Assembly: GCA_049903315.1 (NCBI GenBank)
Contig: JBNGBT010000003.1
Location: forward strand, 128,001-192,000
Source: Candidatus Cloacimonadota bacterium
Lineage (GTDB): Bacteria; Cloacimonadota; Cloacimonadia; JGIOTU-2
Length of the DNA: 64,000 bases
Direction: 5' to 3'
In this document: piece after piece, positions 9,896 through 19,438 of the stretch
Position numbering within the stretch: position 1 is the stretch's first letter
Layout: every line of letters starts with the position of its first letter
The notes under the pieces: model-generated
Databases searched by the model: none
Seen by the model: only the letters and a program-made list of their open reading frames with translations
Told to the model about the DNA's origin: nothing
Made by a program: the position numbers and the translations under genes

Positions 9896-11554
9896 ATGGA
9901 ATACACTTTTCTTACGTTATGGCTGAAGCAAAATAAAAATCACCTGATCGGCCGGACGGTGCGGGAAGTGAATTGTCATAATTCGACCTATATTTTTGAT
10001 CTTTCTTCATCACATTTTGTCATTTCCATTAATGGGCAAAACCCGCTTTGTTTTATGTCTGAAAATCTGAAATTAAACGAGAATACTGATAATCCGCTTT
10101 CACTTATTCTTAAACAGCATCTTGCGAAGAGTGTGATCAATGATGCTTCGATAAGAGACAACGATAGGGTGCTTATTCTTACTTTTGAGAAAGAGTCCTT
10201 TTATGGAGAAACATCAACCTACAAGCTTTTCATCGAGTTAATGCCGAGATATGAGAATCTGATCCTTACGAGAGTGGAAAAAAAGAGTGATGTCATTTTG
10301 GACTGCCATCGTCGGATACATGTTTCTGACAGTAGGTTTCGGCAATTGTATCCGGGAATTTCTTATAATTTTCCGCCGGCAGTTGAAAAACCTTATATTT
10401 TTTCTGTGAACAGAGCACAATTCGAGGATTTATTTCCTGAAATAGTTCCCGATTCATGGAAAGAGTTTGTCACGCATTTCAGCAATGCACCGAAATTTTT
10501 AAAAGATTTTTTCAAACCCGGCATGAAAACCGAAGAAATGTGGGAATTCCTGAATATAATCCGCACAACCTGCGACAAGTGGTCGGATAAAAATTCTGTA
10601 TTTTACAATGCGAAGAAAAAGCATCTCAACCTTTTCCAGGTTGCAAACTGCCTTGAAATGAAGACTGTGAATGATGCTCTTGCGTATGTGTATGAGCATG
10701 AGATAACGCAAAATAGGTTCATACAAATAAAGGAAAATGCAATACGTTCTCACGCCCCTAAAAAGAAGAAATTGCTTCGAACCCTCACACAACAGAGAAA
10801 AGATCTCGATGAATTGAAAAATGCTGAACACTGGCATAAGATGGGTGAGCTCCTGAAAACAAATCTTCATAAAATTAAATTCGGAATGAACGCAATAGCG
10901 GTTACGGATTATTATGATGAAGAAAATCCTGAAATTGTGATCCCTCTAAAAACAGACTGCACTCCGCAGCAAAATATGGCGCATTATTTCAAAAAATATA
11001 AAAAAACACGTTCCGGTAAAGAGAAGCTAATTAAGAATATTGCAATTCATGAAAAGAAACTGGAAGAGCTCGAAAAACAAATTGCAGAAATCGAAGAGTG
11101 CCAGAGTATAGAAATTCTTGAGCATATGCTGAAGGATCAAAAATCAATTTCAAAAACTCGGAAGAATATGACCCCTTTCAGGAAATTTTCACTTTCGATA
11201 GAAGGCAGACAATGGGATATTTTTGTCGGGCGTTCCAGCAAAAAGAATGATGAACTCACCCTTCATTTCGCAAAACCCAATGACTGGTTTTTTCATACAA
11301 GAATTTATCACGGTTCTCATATAATTGTAAAGAATCCGACTAAACTCGAGCACCTCCCCGAGCAACTCAAAGAAGTTGCCGCAGGTATTGCTGCGTATTA
11401 CAGCAAAGCTAAGCATTCTACAAAAGTACCTGTGGACTATACACTCGTACGATATGTAACAAAGCCCAGGAAAAGTGCTCCCGGGCTTGTTGTATATAAA
11501 ATTCACAAAACAGTGTTCGTGGACCCGATCGATCCAAGAACTCTGAAGTTATGA
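9896..11554 (+). CDS. rqcH: NFACT/FbpA family ribosome quality-control protein RqcH
   Basis: DNDRVL and IELMPRYENLILT (NFACT-N), coiled coil with NMAHYFKKYKK, NFACT-R (VGRSSKKNDELT, WFFH..HGSHIIV, AAYYSK, VDYT..RYVTKP). Confidence 0.85.
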   Translation: MEYTFLTLWLKQNKNHLIGRTVREVNCHNSTYIFDLSSSHFVISINGQNPLCFMSENLKLNENTDNPLSLILKQHLAKSVINDASIRDNDRVLILTFEKESFYGETSTYKLFIELMPRYENLILTRVEKKSDVILDCHRRIHVSDSRFRQLYPGISYNFPPAVEKPYIFSVNRAQFEDLFPEIVPDSWKEFVTHFSNAPKFLKDFFKPGMKTEEMWEFLNIIRTTCDKWSDKNSVFYNAKKKHLNLFQVANCLEMKTVNDALAYVYEHEITQNRFIQIKENAIRSHAPKKKKLLRTLTQQRKDLDELKNAEHWHKMGELLKTNLHKIKFGMNAIAVTDYYDEENPEIVIPLKTDCTPQQNMAHYFKKYKKTRSGKEKLIKNIAIHEKKLEELEKQIAEIEECQSIEILEHMLKDQKSISKTRKNMTPFRKFSLSIEGRQWDIFVGRSSKKNDELTLHFAKPNDWFFHTRIYHGSHIIVKNPTKLEHLPEQLKEVAAGIAAYYSKAKHSTKVPVDYTLVRYVTKPRKSAPGLVVYKIHKTVFVDPIDPRTLKL

Positions 11555-11555
11555 C

Positions 11556-12449
11556 CTAATCTTCTCCATCGGCATCCTCAGAAATATCATGAAAAGTAAG
11601 GAGTGGCTGACCCGTGGAATAAAATAATTTTTTTGCAATATTTGGATGGAATAAATGTGAGAGCAAACCGCGCTTATGATGAAGCAGAGCAACCAATTCG
11701 ATCTCTTTTTCCGAAACGTATTCCTCGACTGCTTTGAGTACATCCTTATCCTGAACAACCTCAAAGAACATAATGCCTTTTTTAAACTCATCTTCAAAAT
11801 GTTCCTTTAGATAGTCCATGAGCATGTTGTCGATGAGATCCTTTTTTGAATGCTCGACATGGAGGCAATGAATCTTCACTTTGAAGGGATCGAGTATTTT
11901 AATAAGATTCTCAACAGCGGTTATATCGGATTCGTCAAAGTCTGTGATGTATAAAACATTGCGAATTTTCTGATATTCCGTATTCTCCGGTATTGTGAGT
12001 ACGGGAATTGGTGCATGTTCAAGGATTTTGAGTGCAATGCTTCCCAGGAGTCTGCCCGATTTATGCCCCTGTCCGGTTGAACTCATGATGACCATATCCG
12101 GGTGGTATGTGTCGCAGAGATCAATAATCTCATATTCTACCATACCGTTCGTTACTTTTGTCTTGAGTTGAATTGTCTTTATATCTTCATCATTAAGCTT
12201 TTTTTCGAGCTTATCTTTCAGGCGTTTCATTCCCGCTTTAGCAGCTCTTTCAATGCTATCCATAATTTCCGGAGTGACAAGTGTCGAACTGTCCACCACA
12301 TCATCTGTCATGTCTGCTGTGGCGATAGGGTACATATATGCGTGGAAAAGCATAATCTCCGCATCTTCTTTTTCTGCAAAATGAATTGCATAATTACATG
12401 CGCATTCTGTATTTTCAGAAAAATCTACAGGTACAAGTATTTTTTTCAT
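11556..12449 (-). CDS. Tandem universal stress protein (UspA family)
   Basis: KKILVPVDFSE start, LLGSIA...IPVL, second repeat VLYITDF. Confidence 0.9.
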   Translation of the reverse strand: MKKILVPVDFSENTECACNYAIHFAEKEDAEIMLFHAYMYPIATADMTDDVVDSSTLVTPEIMDSIERAAKAGMKRLKDKLEKKLNDEDIKTIQLKTKVTNGMVEYEIIDLCDTYHPDMVIMSSTGQGHKSGRLLGSIALKILEHAPIPVLTIPENTEYQKIRNVLYITDFDESDITAVENLIKILDPFKVKIHCLHVEHSKKDLIDNMLMDYLKEHFEDEFKKGIMFFEVVQDKDVLKAVEEYVSEKEIELVALLHHKRGLLSHLFHPNIAKKLFYSTGQPLLTFHDISEDADGED

Positions 12450-12467
12450 CAGAACCTCTTAGATTAT

Positions 12468-13010
12468 TTATTTCTTCAGGTTTTTAAAAGGCAAATATGT
12501 CATGAAATCAGCATGATGTATGATGAGCCCTTCTGTCGTTCGCGTAAAGGAGTCACCTTCTTTTGAATGAACTGCGATCACGTGGCATACTTCATCAGGC
12601 ATGTCACACGCCTGAGCAAGCGACACACCGGTAAAAGCGTGACGAAGAAGCTGCCCGGATTTGCTGAATTTTATCGTATCACCATCTTTTTCATATTCAA
12701 GGAGTTTGCCCACATCAGCGAGTATCGCACCTGCGACGACGACATCGAGATCGATGGGAAGTTCATCTCCAAAGAATTTCTGCATGATCTTTGCTGATTC
12801 ATAGGCGACATGCACGACTGCTCGCTTATGTGCCATGAAACTCACCTTGCAGTCTTCAACCAGAAGTGTAAATGGAATTCTCTGAAGATCTTCGGGAGTG
12901 AGGACACCTTTTTCAAATGCCAATTCCCATGTTGTAGCGGTTTTCTCGCGAAGGTCTTCATTTTTTATCCAGTCGAGTTCCGGCCATAGTTTTTTGATTT
13001 CTTTATTCAT
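12468..13010 (-). CDS. HD/HDIG-family phosphohydrolase-like protein
   Basis: AHKRAV, GAILADVGKLLEY, LRHAFTG, IAVHS, HHADF; the signature reads AD rather than HD. Confidence 0.75.
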   Translation of the reverse strand: MNKEIKKLWPELDWIKNEDLREKTATTWELAFEKGVLTPEDLQRIPFTLLVEDCKVSFMAHKRAVVHVAYESAKIMQKFFGDELPIDLDVVVAGAILADVGKLLEYEKDGDTIKFSKSGQLLRHAFTGVSLAQACDMPDEVCHVIAVHSKEGDSFTRTTEGLIIHHADFMTYLPFKNLKK

Positions 13011-13455
13011 TTTTCTTCACCTTTAACTTGGTGTCTATTAATGTTTTATGGGGTAAGCGGAGAAGGTTTGCGATCTTATGAGCAAGATAATCCTCATACG
13101 TGTCGAGTATCTCATCAGTATAAATGATCCTCCAAAGATTTTCGAGGATCTTCGCCTTATCTTCATCGGAGAAATGCTTGTTTATCAGATTCGTAAACTG
13201 CCACAGGTCAATGCTTTCATCGAGTGTATGCTCTGTTTTTTTTATCAGGTTTTGGACTTCATCTTCAGTAAGTGAGAACTCATTTTTTAGAATTTCAATA
13301 ATCGTTTGACGCTCCTCATCAGAAAAGTGTTCGTCACTGTTTGCAATTTCCAGAAAAAGTGCGCAGGTAGCGATTTGGATCATTTTTTCCGGAGATTCAT
13401 TATCAACCCGATCTTGGGTATCTGGAGTCTGAAAAAAATTCTTCACATTAAACAT
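13003..13455 (-). CDS. TerB-family protein
   Basis: ALFLEIANSDEHFSDEE, LWRIIYTDE.LD.YE..LAHKIANLL. Confidence 0.85.
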   Translation of the reverse strand: MFNVKNFFQTPDTQDRVDNESPEKMIQIATCALFLEIANSDEHFSDEERQTIIEILKNEFSLTEDEVQNLIKKTEHTLDESIDLWQFTNLINKHFSDEDKAKILENLWRIIYTDEILDTYEDYLAHKIANLLRLPHKTLIDTKLKVKKNE

Positions 13456-13456
13456 A

Positions 13457-15343
13457 TCACTTCTTTAAAGACGCCATTCGTTCTGTAAAGATTTTGTTTG
13501 TCGGATCGATCTTTCCTGCATTTCCATATGCCTGTCTCGCTCGTTCCAAATTATCCTGTGCTTTAAAGATATCACCAAGGAGAATATACTGGTCAAAACT
13601 GAAACCATTCAGATTGATCGCCTGATTTAATGCATCACCTGCTTCAGTATATCTCTGGAGATTATAAAGTGCTTTTGCCTTCAGATAATAGAAAAACCAG
13701 ATAGGATTGGATTCGAGTGCGTTATTCGTCTTCTCAAGCGCTTGTTCGTAATTCTCATCCTCAATAAGAAAATCAATGGTGTATTTCATAGGAGAGATAT
13801 AGGTCGGGGAAATTGCAAGTGCCCGATCAAAATAGATTTCCGCAGTGTATTTTTCATCCTTTTGATGATAAATACGTCCCAGATAGAATTGCGGCGGTGC
13901 ATAATTGCTTGCAAGCATGGATGCTTTGGTATATTGCTGTTCTGCTTCTGCGATATTACCCTCGTTCTCGAGCATCAGACCTTTATTGATCGCTTCTATG
14001 ACGATTCCGGTAACATTATTTTCTGTTGCGAGATAGGAGAGATATTGGAGTTCGAGAAGCCCCAGCAGGTTCTCGTCAGTACACTTGACGAAGGCATCTG
14101 AGATTTTCTGTGCAAAACCTTCGATAGATTTTGAGCCAAGCGCATTGAATGCTCCTATTATTTCATAATAGGGCTGCTTCTCGATCATAACCTGGTTTTC
14201 AAGATTGGTCATTGCACTATCATTGAGCACATAATGATCTCTTTCAATGATGATATTGATGAGATTGATCCCAGCAAGAAAATCGTCGAGCCATTCGAGG
14301 AGTGCAAGCCGATCTTTTTGTTCAGGAAAAAAATTCACAGTATTGGGATTTATCATATGAAGACTATCAACTGCATGTATGCTATCGGTAGAGCAGAGCA
14401 TTCTGCAGAGAAGATCGATATAAAATGCAAAACGGTTATCAGAGTAGTGCCCGTTGTTAAAAATGGAGAGTTTCTGAAGTTTGAATTCTTCGCTATATTT
14501 TTGCAGTAGACTATTTGATTCTGTCACAAGTTGAGAGAGTTTATCTTTCAGGGCGCTGCTTTCATTTGTTTGCACATAATCAAAATAAATCTGAAAACTG
14601 TCCTGCGCAGCAGTAGTTTCTTCACATATCACACTCAAGTTTTCGAGATTTTCTTGAGAAAGTGATCTTATAAATTCCAATTTCAGTAAATTGAAGGCAG
14701 ATTGGTTCGAATCGATCGTAATTTTAACATCGTTCTTTAGTAATTGCATTACCAGACGATAAAAGGAAAGTCCCTCAACTTCCGGTTTGTTGTTCAGAAA
14801 GCATTTTAGCACATCAAAGGATTCGAGGTACTTTTGCTGGTCCGCAAGTTCAGCACCCAGAGTATAGCATTGTCCGTATTTTTCATAATCAGGCCAGAAT
14901 TTTTCCGGGAGTGTAAGAGATTGAGAAATTCCGAGTTCATTTGAAAACGAAAAAGGCATCGCGAGTACTAATTCATTTCGTGGAAATGCTGCGATAATCT
15001 CCGTAAGTTTATTTTCGGTACTATATTTCGGGATGATGTTCAATGGCTGGATGATTTTTCCATTTTGTATGATATGGATAGCAGTAATATCATTATCGAG
15101 TTCCTTCTCTTTAAAATCCCATGTACCCATTGGCAGATAGCAGAAGTAAAGGGTATCGACATTTTGAAATTCTTCCACAGAGAGTGATTCCATTCCCTCA
15201 ATATCACAGAGATAAATTGAGATGATCTTTTCCTTGGAAGGCGGAAAAGTTTTTTTCTCTTTGTACAGGAGATTTGTCCCCTGAGCAAAAAGAGCACAGG
15301 TACAAAAAACGAAAATAAAAATCAAAGCTAATATTTTTTTCAT
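13457..15343 (-). CDS. Secreted tetratricopeptide-repeat protein
   Basis: Signal peptide MKKILALIFIFVFCTCALFA; C-terminal TPR-like repeats (YLGRIY...YFDRAL; LGDIF...AYGNA). Confidence 0.8.
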   Translation of the reverse strand: MKKILALIFIFVFCTCALFAQGTNLLYKEKKTFPPSKEKIISIYLCDIEGMESLSVEEFQNVDTLYFCYLPMGTWDFKEKELDNDITAIHIIQNGKIIQPLNIIPKYSTENKLTEIIAAFPRNELVLAMPFSFSNELGISQSLTLPEKFWPDYEKYGQCYTLGAELADQQKYLESFDVLKCFLNNKPEVEGLSFYRLVMQLLKNDVKITIDSNQSAFNLLKLEFIRSLSQENLENLSVICEETTAAQDSFQIYFDYVQTNESSALKDKLSQLVTESNSLLQKYSEEFKLQKLSIFNNGHYSDNRFAFYIDLLCRMLCSTDSIHAVDSLHMINPNTVNFFPEQKDRLALLEWLDDFLAGINLINIIIERDHYVLNDSAMTNLENQVMIEKQPYYEIIGAFNALGSKSIEGFAQKISDAFVKCTDENLLGLLELQYLSYLATENNVTGIVIEAINKGLMLENEGNIAEAEQQYTKASMLASNYAPPQFYLGRIYHQKDEKYTAEIYFDRALAISPTYISPMKYTIDFLIEDENYEQALEKTNNALESNPIWFFYYLKAKALYNLQRYTEAGDALNQAINLNGFSFDQYILLGDIFKAQDNLERARQAYGNAGKIDPTNKIFTERMASLKK

Positions 15344-15402
15344 AGAACCCCCATGGTTGGATGAATATGAAAGCTTTATTTTGTCCAATTAGATGTCAAT
15401 TT

Positions 15403-16509
15403 TTATTTTTCCTTATCGATTAATGTTTCCACATATTCTGCGATTGCCAGACAACTTGTAAGCCCGGGTGACTCGATGCCGACAAGGTTTACAAAATTTG
15501 GAAATCCTTTATCCGTTTCATTTATTATAACAAAATCTCTGAAGCCTTCACCTTTTTTTTGCAGCTTGGGACGTATGCCGGAATCATCCTGCCACATCTC
15601 ATCAAACTCGATATCAAGATATTCGGATACGGATTCGTGGAATTGTTTATGATATGTTTCATCCATACTGTAATCCAGCTTATCAATATAATATGCATTT
15701 GGACCGAATGAGAGCTCCCCATTCAGGTTTATACGAATATGTATTCCCAGCGACATTCCGGTCGGATCGGGAACAGGATATACGAGATGCTCAATATTTT
15801 TGTATTTTGTTGTTTTGTAATATTCTCCCTTGCAGAGATGGATGGTGTAGTTGTGTTTTTCTGCAGTAATGCCCACCATTTCTGCTACTTTATCAGCCCA
15901 TAGTCCCGCGGAATTGATCACAATTGGGGATTTGACCTTGAAGCCGTCATTAAAAGTGACAATATACCCGTCATCAGCTTTTTCGATACCCACAACTTCA
16001 GTATTGTATGATATCATCGCACCGTTATCCTCAGCGAGGAAATCGAGCTTTTTCATCACCGCATGTGTGTCCATGATACCTGTTGACGGAACCCAGAGTG
16101 CGCCCTTTGTTTTGAAGAGAGGTTCCAGTTCTTTTACTTTTTCTTCAGTAAGAATTTCTAATCCCTTCACGCCATTTCTTGTTCCGTTTTTTAGGAGTTC
16201 TTCGAGTACTGCGATTTCTTCCTCTTTGGTAGAAATAATAAGCTTACCGCAATTTTTATGATCTATCTCGTATTCGTTCAGAAATGCATACAGCATATCT
16301 AAACCTTTCACACAGAGTGTGGCTTTCAGGGAATTTTGCGGATAGTAAATTCCGGAATGCATAACTTCGCTGTTCCTGCTGGAAGTATGCCTTCCAAAGG
16401 ATTGTTCCTTTTCTGCCACAATTACACAATCATATTCTTGGGAGAGTCGCTGTGCAATTGCCAGTCCGACAATACCTGCTCCAATTATAAGTACTTCAAC
16501 TTCTTCCAT
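15403..16509 (-). CDS. FAD-dependent oxidoreductase, L-2-hydroxyglutarate oxidase (LhgO) family
   Basis: IIGAGIVG, TSSRNSEVMHSGIYY, KGEYY, LGIH, SGIRPK, GIESPGLTS; GGAG RBS. Confidence 0.88.
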   Translation of the reverse strand: MEEVEVLIIGAGIVGLAIAQRLSQEYDCVIVAEKEQSFGRHTSSRNSEVMHSGIYYPQNSLKATLCVKGLDMLYAFLNEYEIDHKNCGKLIISTKEEEIAVLEELLKNGTRNGVKGLEILTEEKVKELEPLFKTKGALWVPSTGIMDTHAVMKKLDFLAEDNGAMISYNTEVVGIEKADDGYIVTFNDGFKVKSPIVINSAGLWADKVAEMVGITAEKHNYTIHLCKGEYYKTTKYKNIEHLVYPVPDPTGMSLGIHIRINLNGELSFGPNAYYIDKLDYSMDETYHKQFHESVSEYLDIEFDEMWQDDSGIRPKLQKKGEGFRDFVIINETDKGFPNFVNLVGIESPGLTSCLAIAEYVETLIDKEK

Positions 16510-16517
16510 CGTGCTCC

Positions 16518-17834
16518 TCAAGGATGCTGAATTTGTTTTCCTTTTAGCGTCCAGCCGGTTGCGTCAATAATTTCAATATCAACAAAAGTACTAATAAGCT
16601 TTTTGTCACCAGGGAAAACTGCAATTTTGTTATCCCTGGTTCTACCCGAGAGTTCCTTATCGCTTTTTTTACTGGTCTGTTCAACGTACACCTGCACGTG
16701 TCTTCCTATTTGTTCCTGGTACTTTTCATAGGTGATGCGTTCCTGTTGATCAATAAGTTTTCGCAAACGTTCAAGACGAATTTCTTCGGGAATCTGATCC
16801 GGATATTCTGCTGCCGCAGTGCCCGTGCGTGGAGAATATTTGAACATGAAAGCATAGTCGAAATGTATTTCTTTCATGAGATTGTAGGTTTCGAGGAAAT
16901 CTTCTTCGGTTTCTCCCGGGAATCCAACCATGACGTCTGTCGTTACTGCTATTTTGGGCATTGCAGTTCGTAGTTTGCGGATAATGTTCCGATATTTATC
17001 TGATGTATAATTTCTGTTCATTTTTTCAAGAATTCTATCTGATCCTGACTGCATAGGCAGATGGAGATGCTCGCACAACTTGGGTTCTTCTGCCATAACT
17101 TTAATGACTTCATCTGAAATGTCCTTTGGATGAGAGGTGACAAAGCGAAGACGCTCTATTGAGTCAATATGAGCAGTGTCCTTTAAAAGCATATGGAAAA
17201 TATACTTTCCATCATTATATGAATTTACATTTTGTCCAAGTAGTGTTACATCCTTGAATCCACCATTTCCTGCTTTCTCAATTTCCAAAAGAATTTCTTT
17301 GTGGCTACGTGAACGTTCCCGTCCACGCACATAGGGAACGATACAGTATGAGCAGAAATTATTGCATCCGCGCATGATCGTGACAAAGGCATTCACTCCT
17401 TTATTTCTTACAGGATAGATATTCTCATAATTTTCAATATTGTTTTGCACATCTGCGAATAGGGATTCTTTCTTGTTTGCACATGCTGATATGATTTCGG
17501 GAAGATTACGATATTGGTCTGTTCCGACAACGAAATCCAGACTTCTTATCTCGTTGAGAAGTTCATTCCCTTTTCTCTGTGCCACACAGCCGATCAGCCC
17601 GATAAGCATATTCGGATTTTGTTCTTTTCTTGTTCCTTCAGCAGTGATCCTTCCAAGTACTCTATCCTCAGCATGCTGCCGTACAGTGCAGCTATTAAAA
17701 ATGAGAATATCTGCCGAGTCAATGCTCTCTGCTTTTTGATAACCTGCGCTGACGAGAATGCCAGCAACGAGTTCGCTGTCTGCCACATTCATCTGGCATC
17801 CATAGGTTTTGATGTAGAATGTATTATTTTTCAT
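16518..17834 (-). CDS. miaB: tRNA-2-methylthio-N6-dimethylallyladenosine synthase MiaB
   Basis: TYGCQMNVADSE, GCNNFCSYCIVPYVRGRERSR, LLGQNVNSY, TSHPKD, C-terminal TRAM domain. Confidence 0.96.
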   Translation of the reverse strand: MKNNTFYIKTYGCQMNVADSELVAGILVSAGYQKAESIDSADILIFNSCTVRQHAEDRVLGRITAEGTRKEQNPNMLIGLIGCVAQRKGNELLNEIRSLDFVVGTDQYRNLPEIISACANKKESLFADVQNNIENYENIYPVRNKGVNAFVTIMRGCNNFCSYCIVPYVRGRERSRSHKEILLEIEKAGNGGFKDVTLLGQNVNSYNDGKYIFHMLLKDTAHIDSIERLRFVTSHPKDISDEVIKVMAEEPKLCEHLHLPMQSGSDRILEKMNRNYTSDKYRNIIRKLRTAMPKIAVTTDVMVGFPGETEEDFLETYNLMKEIHFDYAFMFKYSPRTGTAAAEYPDQIPEEIRLERLRKLIDQQERITYEKYQEQIGRHVQVYVEQTSKKSDKELSGRTRDNKIAVFPGDKKLISTFVDIEIIDATGWTLKGKQIQHP

Positions 17835-17896
17835 ATTAGGGTAAAATTTATTTTTTGTTTATCAAAATTGAAACATATGTATCAGATTCGAGACAA

Positions 17897-19438
17897 TCAA
17901 TTGTCCTTATACTCTATCTTTTTCAAACCTATTCCCTTAAAATAGTGTTTTAAAATATCCTCATAGGTATAGCCCTGCTTTGCCATATTGATTGCTCCGA
18001 TCTGGCACATGCCCACTCCGTGTCCGCTTCCTCTGCCTATGATTCTGATGTATTGTGAATCCTTTATAATATAGAAAAGTGAGGAACGCAAGCCGCCAAG
18101 AGTCTGCCTTATAAGAAGTTCGTTATCGAGTAGCAAATCTCCCTGAGAACCCTTAAGCTTCATTTTAATAATGCGCCCGGATTCACCACGCTCAAGCACC
18201 TCATAGTCAACATAAGAACCAAAATTTGCTTTATCTTCCATCATACGGGTAAAACCATCCCGAGAAAATTTCTTTTCCCATGTATAGGTGTTCCTTACCC
18301 ATCCCTTTTCATCTTCAGTGTTACAAAAGACGGGCTGTGGATCTTTGATCCATTTTTCTGCATAATAATTCTCAGTCAGATCGGATGAATTTGAGCCCTT
18401 CCCATCATAGACGCTTGTGAGATAGGGAACTTCATTCCCACCCCAGGCATTTGAGCACGTTTCTGTTTTGCCTCCGCAACTTGTGGAATACACTGCATTG
18501 ATGATCTTCCCCTTATGTGCCCCAACGATGCCGCGTGTGTTTTCTACAGCGCTTTCTGTTACTGCGTTTATATCGGTAATGCCAGAGAAAACCTGACAAT
18601 GCACACTGGCGCACAGATCAAAACCATCATCTTTATGAACGCCGTTCAATACTTTAAAAAGCGCTTCTGAGCGTGCTGCGACTGCCTGTGCCTTCATTGC
18701 TTCCATTGGGGAATCTGTACCTATTTCATTTGGGATGACACCTGCAACATAGTTTTCAAAATCTGAATGTGCGATTAAATTCATTTTACCGATTTGATTG
18801 ATAATAACTCGCAGATCTGATTCGTATTCTCGTGTAACAAATTCATGAGGATTCCAAAAATTCGATCGCGGCACATTTTCCACAGTAATAGGAGTTGAGC
18901 TTTCAATCCGAATCGGAGCATGCAGGTAGTAGTCCTTCTGCTGCCCAACATCATAGATCAAAAGATCGCTGTAGGAATATTCGTATTCTTCTTCGATCCA
19001 GGAGTCGATCTCCGCATTGAGCTTTGCCTCTTCATATGATGAAAAAGTGTTATTCAAATACACGGCAAATTCCGTTTCTATTGAGAAGTTCTTCCCGTCA
19101 AAGGAAATTACAGGAATTTCCTGCACATAGCATTCCGGAAATGTGATAATAAATGCATCTGCTTTTTTCTGAGTTGTGAATTTCTTAATACCGATTCTCC
19201 AATAAGGAATAATCTCGATCCCATCGGGAATCTGTATTGATAGTGACGTGTTTGAGAATTCGAGCTGGAAAGGTGAGTCCTCCTCAGTAATAATAATTGT
19301 ACCTGCAGATGAAAGGTCTATCGTATGGGCATTCGGCACGATCTCGACATCAACATACAGCACATCATCTATGATCTCAGCAGCATTGAGAGAAGAAATG
19401 AAGAAAAAAATTATAACGATCAGCCGAATAAATTTCAC
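17897..19438 (-). CDS. SpoIID/LytB-domain lytic transglycosylase, secreted
   Basis: ENYVAGVIPNE, EAMKAQAVAARS, CQVFSG, GRGSGHGVGMCQIGA, ILKHYF; signal peptide. Confidence 0.9.
   Translation of the reverse strand: MKFIRLIVIIFFFISSLNAAEIIDDVLYVDVEIVPNAHTIDLSSAGTIIITEEDSPFQLEFSNTSLSIQIPDGIEIIPYWRIGIKKFTTQKKADAFIITFPECYVQEIPVISFDGKNFSIETEFAVYLNNTFSSYEEAKLNAEIDSWIEEEYEYSYSDLLIYDVGQQKDYYLHAPIRIESSTPITVENVPRSNFWNPHEFVTREYESDLRVIINQIGKMNLIAHSDFENYVAGVIPNEIGTDSPMEAMKAQAVAARSEALFKVLNGVHKDDGFDLCASVHCQVFSGITDINAVTESAVENTRGIVGAHKGKIINAVYSTSCGGKTETCSNAWGGNEVPYLTSVYDGKGSNSSDLTENYYAEKWIKDPQPVFCNTEDEKGWVRNTYTWEKKFSRDGFTRMMEDKANFGSYVDYEVLERGESGRIIKMKLKGSQGDLLLDNELLIRQTLGGLRSSLFYIIKDSQYIRIIGRGSGHGVGMCQIGAINMAKQGYTYEDILKHYFKGIGLKKIEYKDN

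Noticed and set aside
17897..19438. SpoIID (and SpoIIE/SpoIIAA-like genes) as evidence of sporulation
   Set aside because: These domains are widespread in non-sporulating bacteria; no sporulation-specific genes seen
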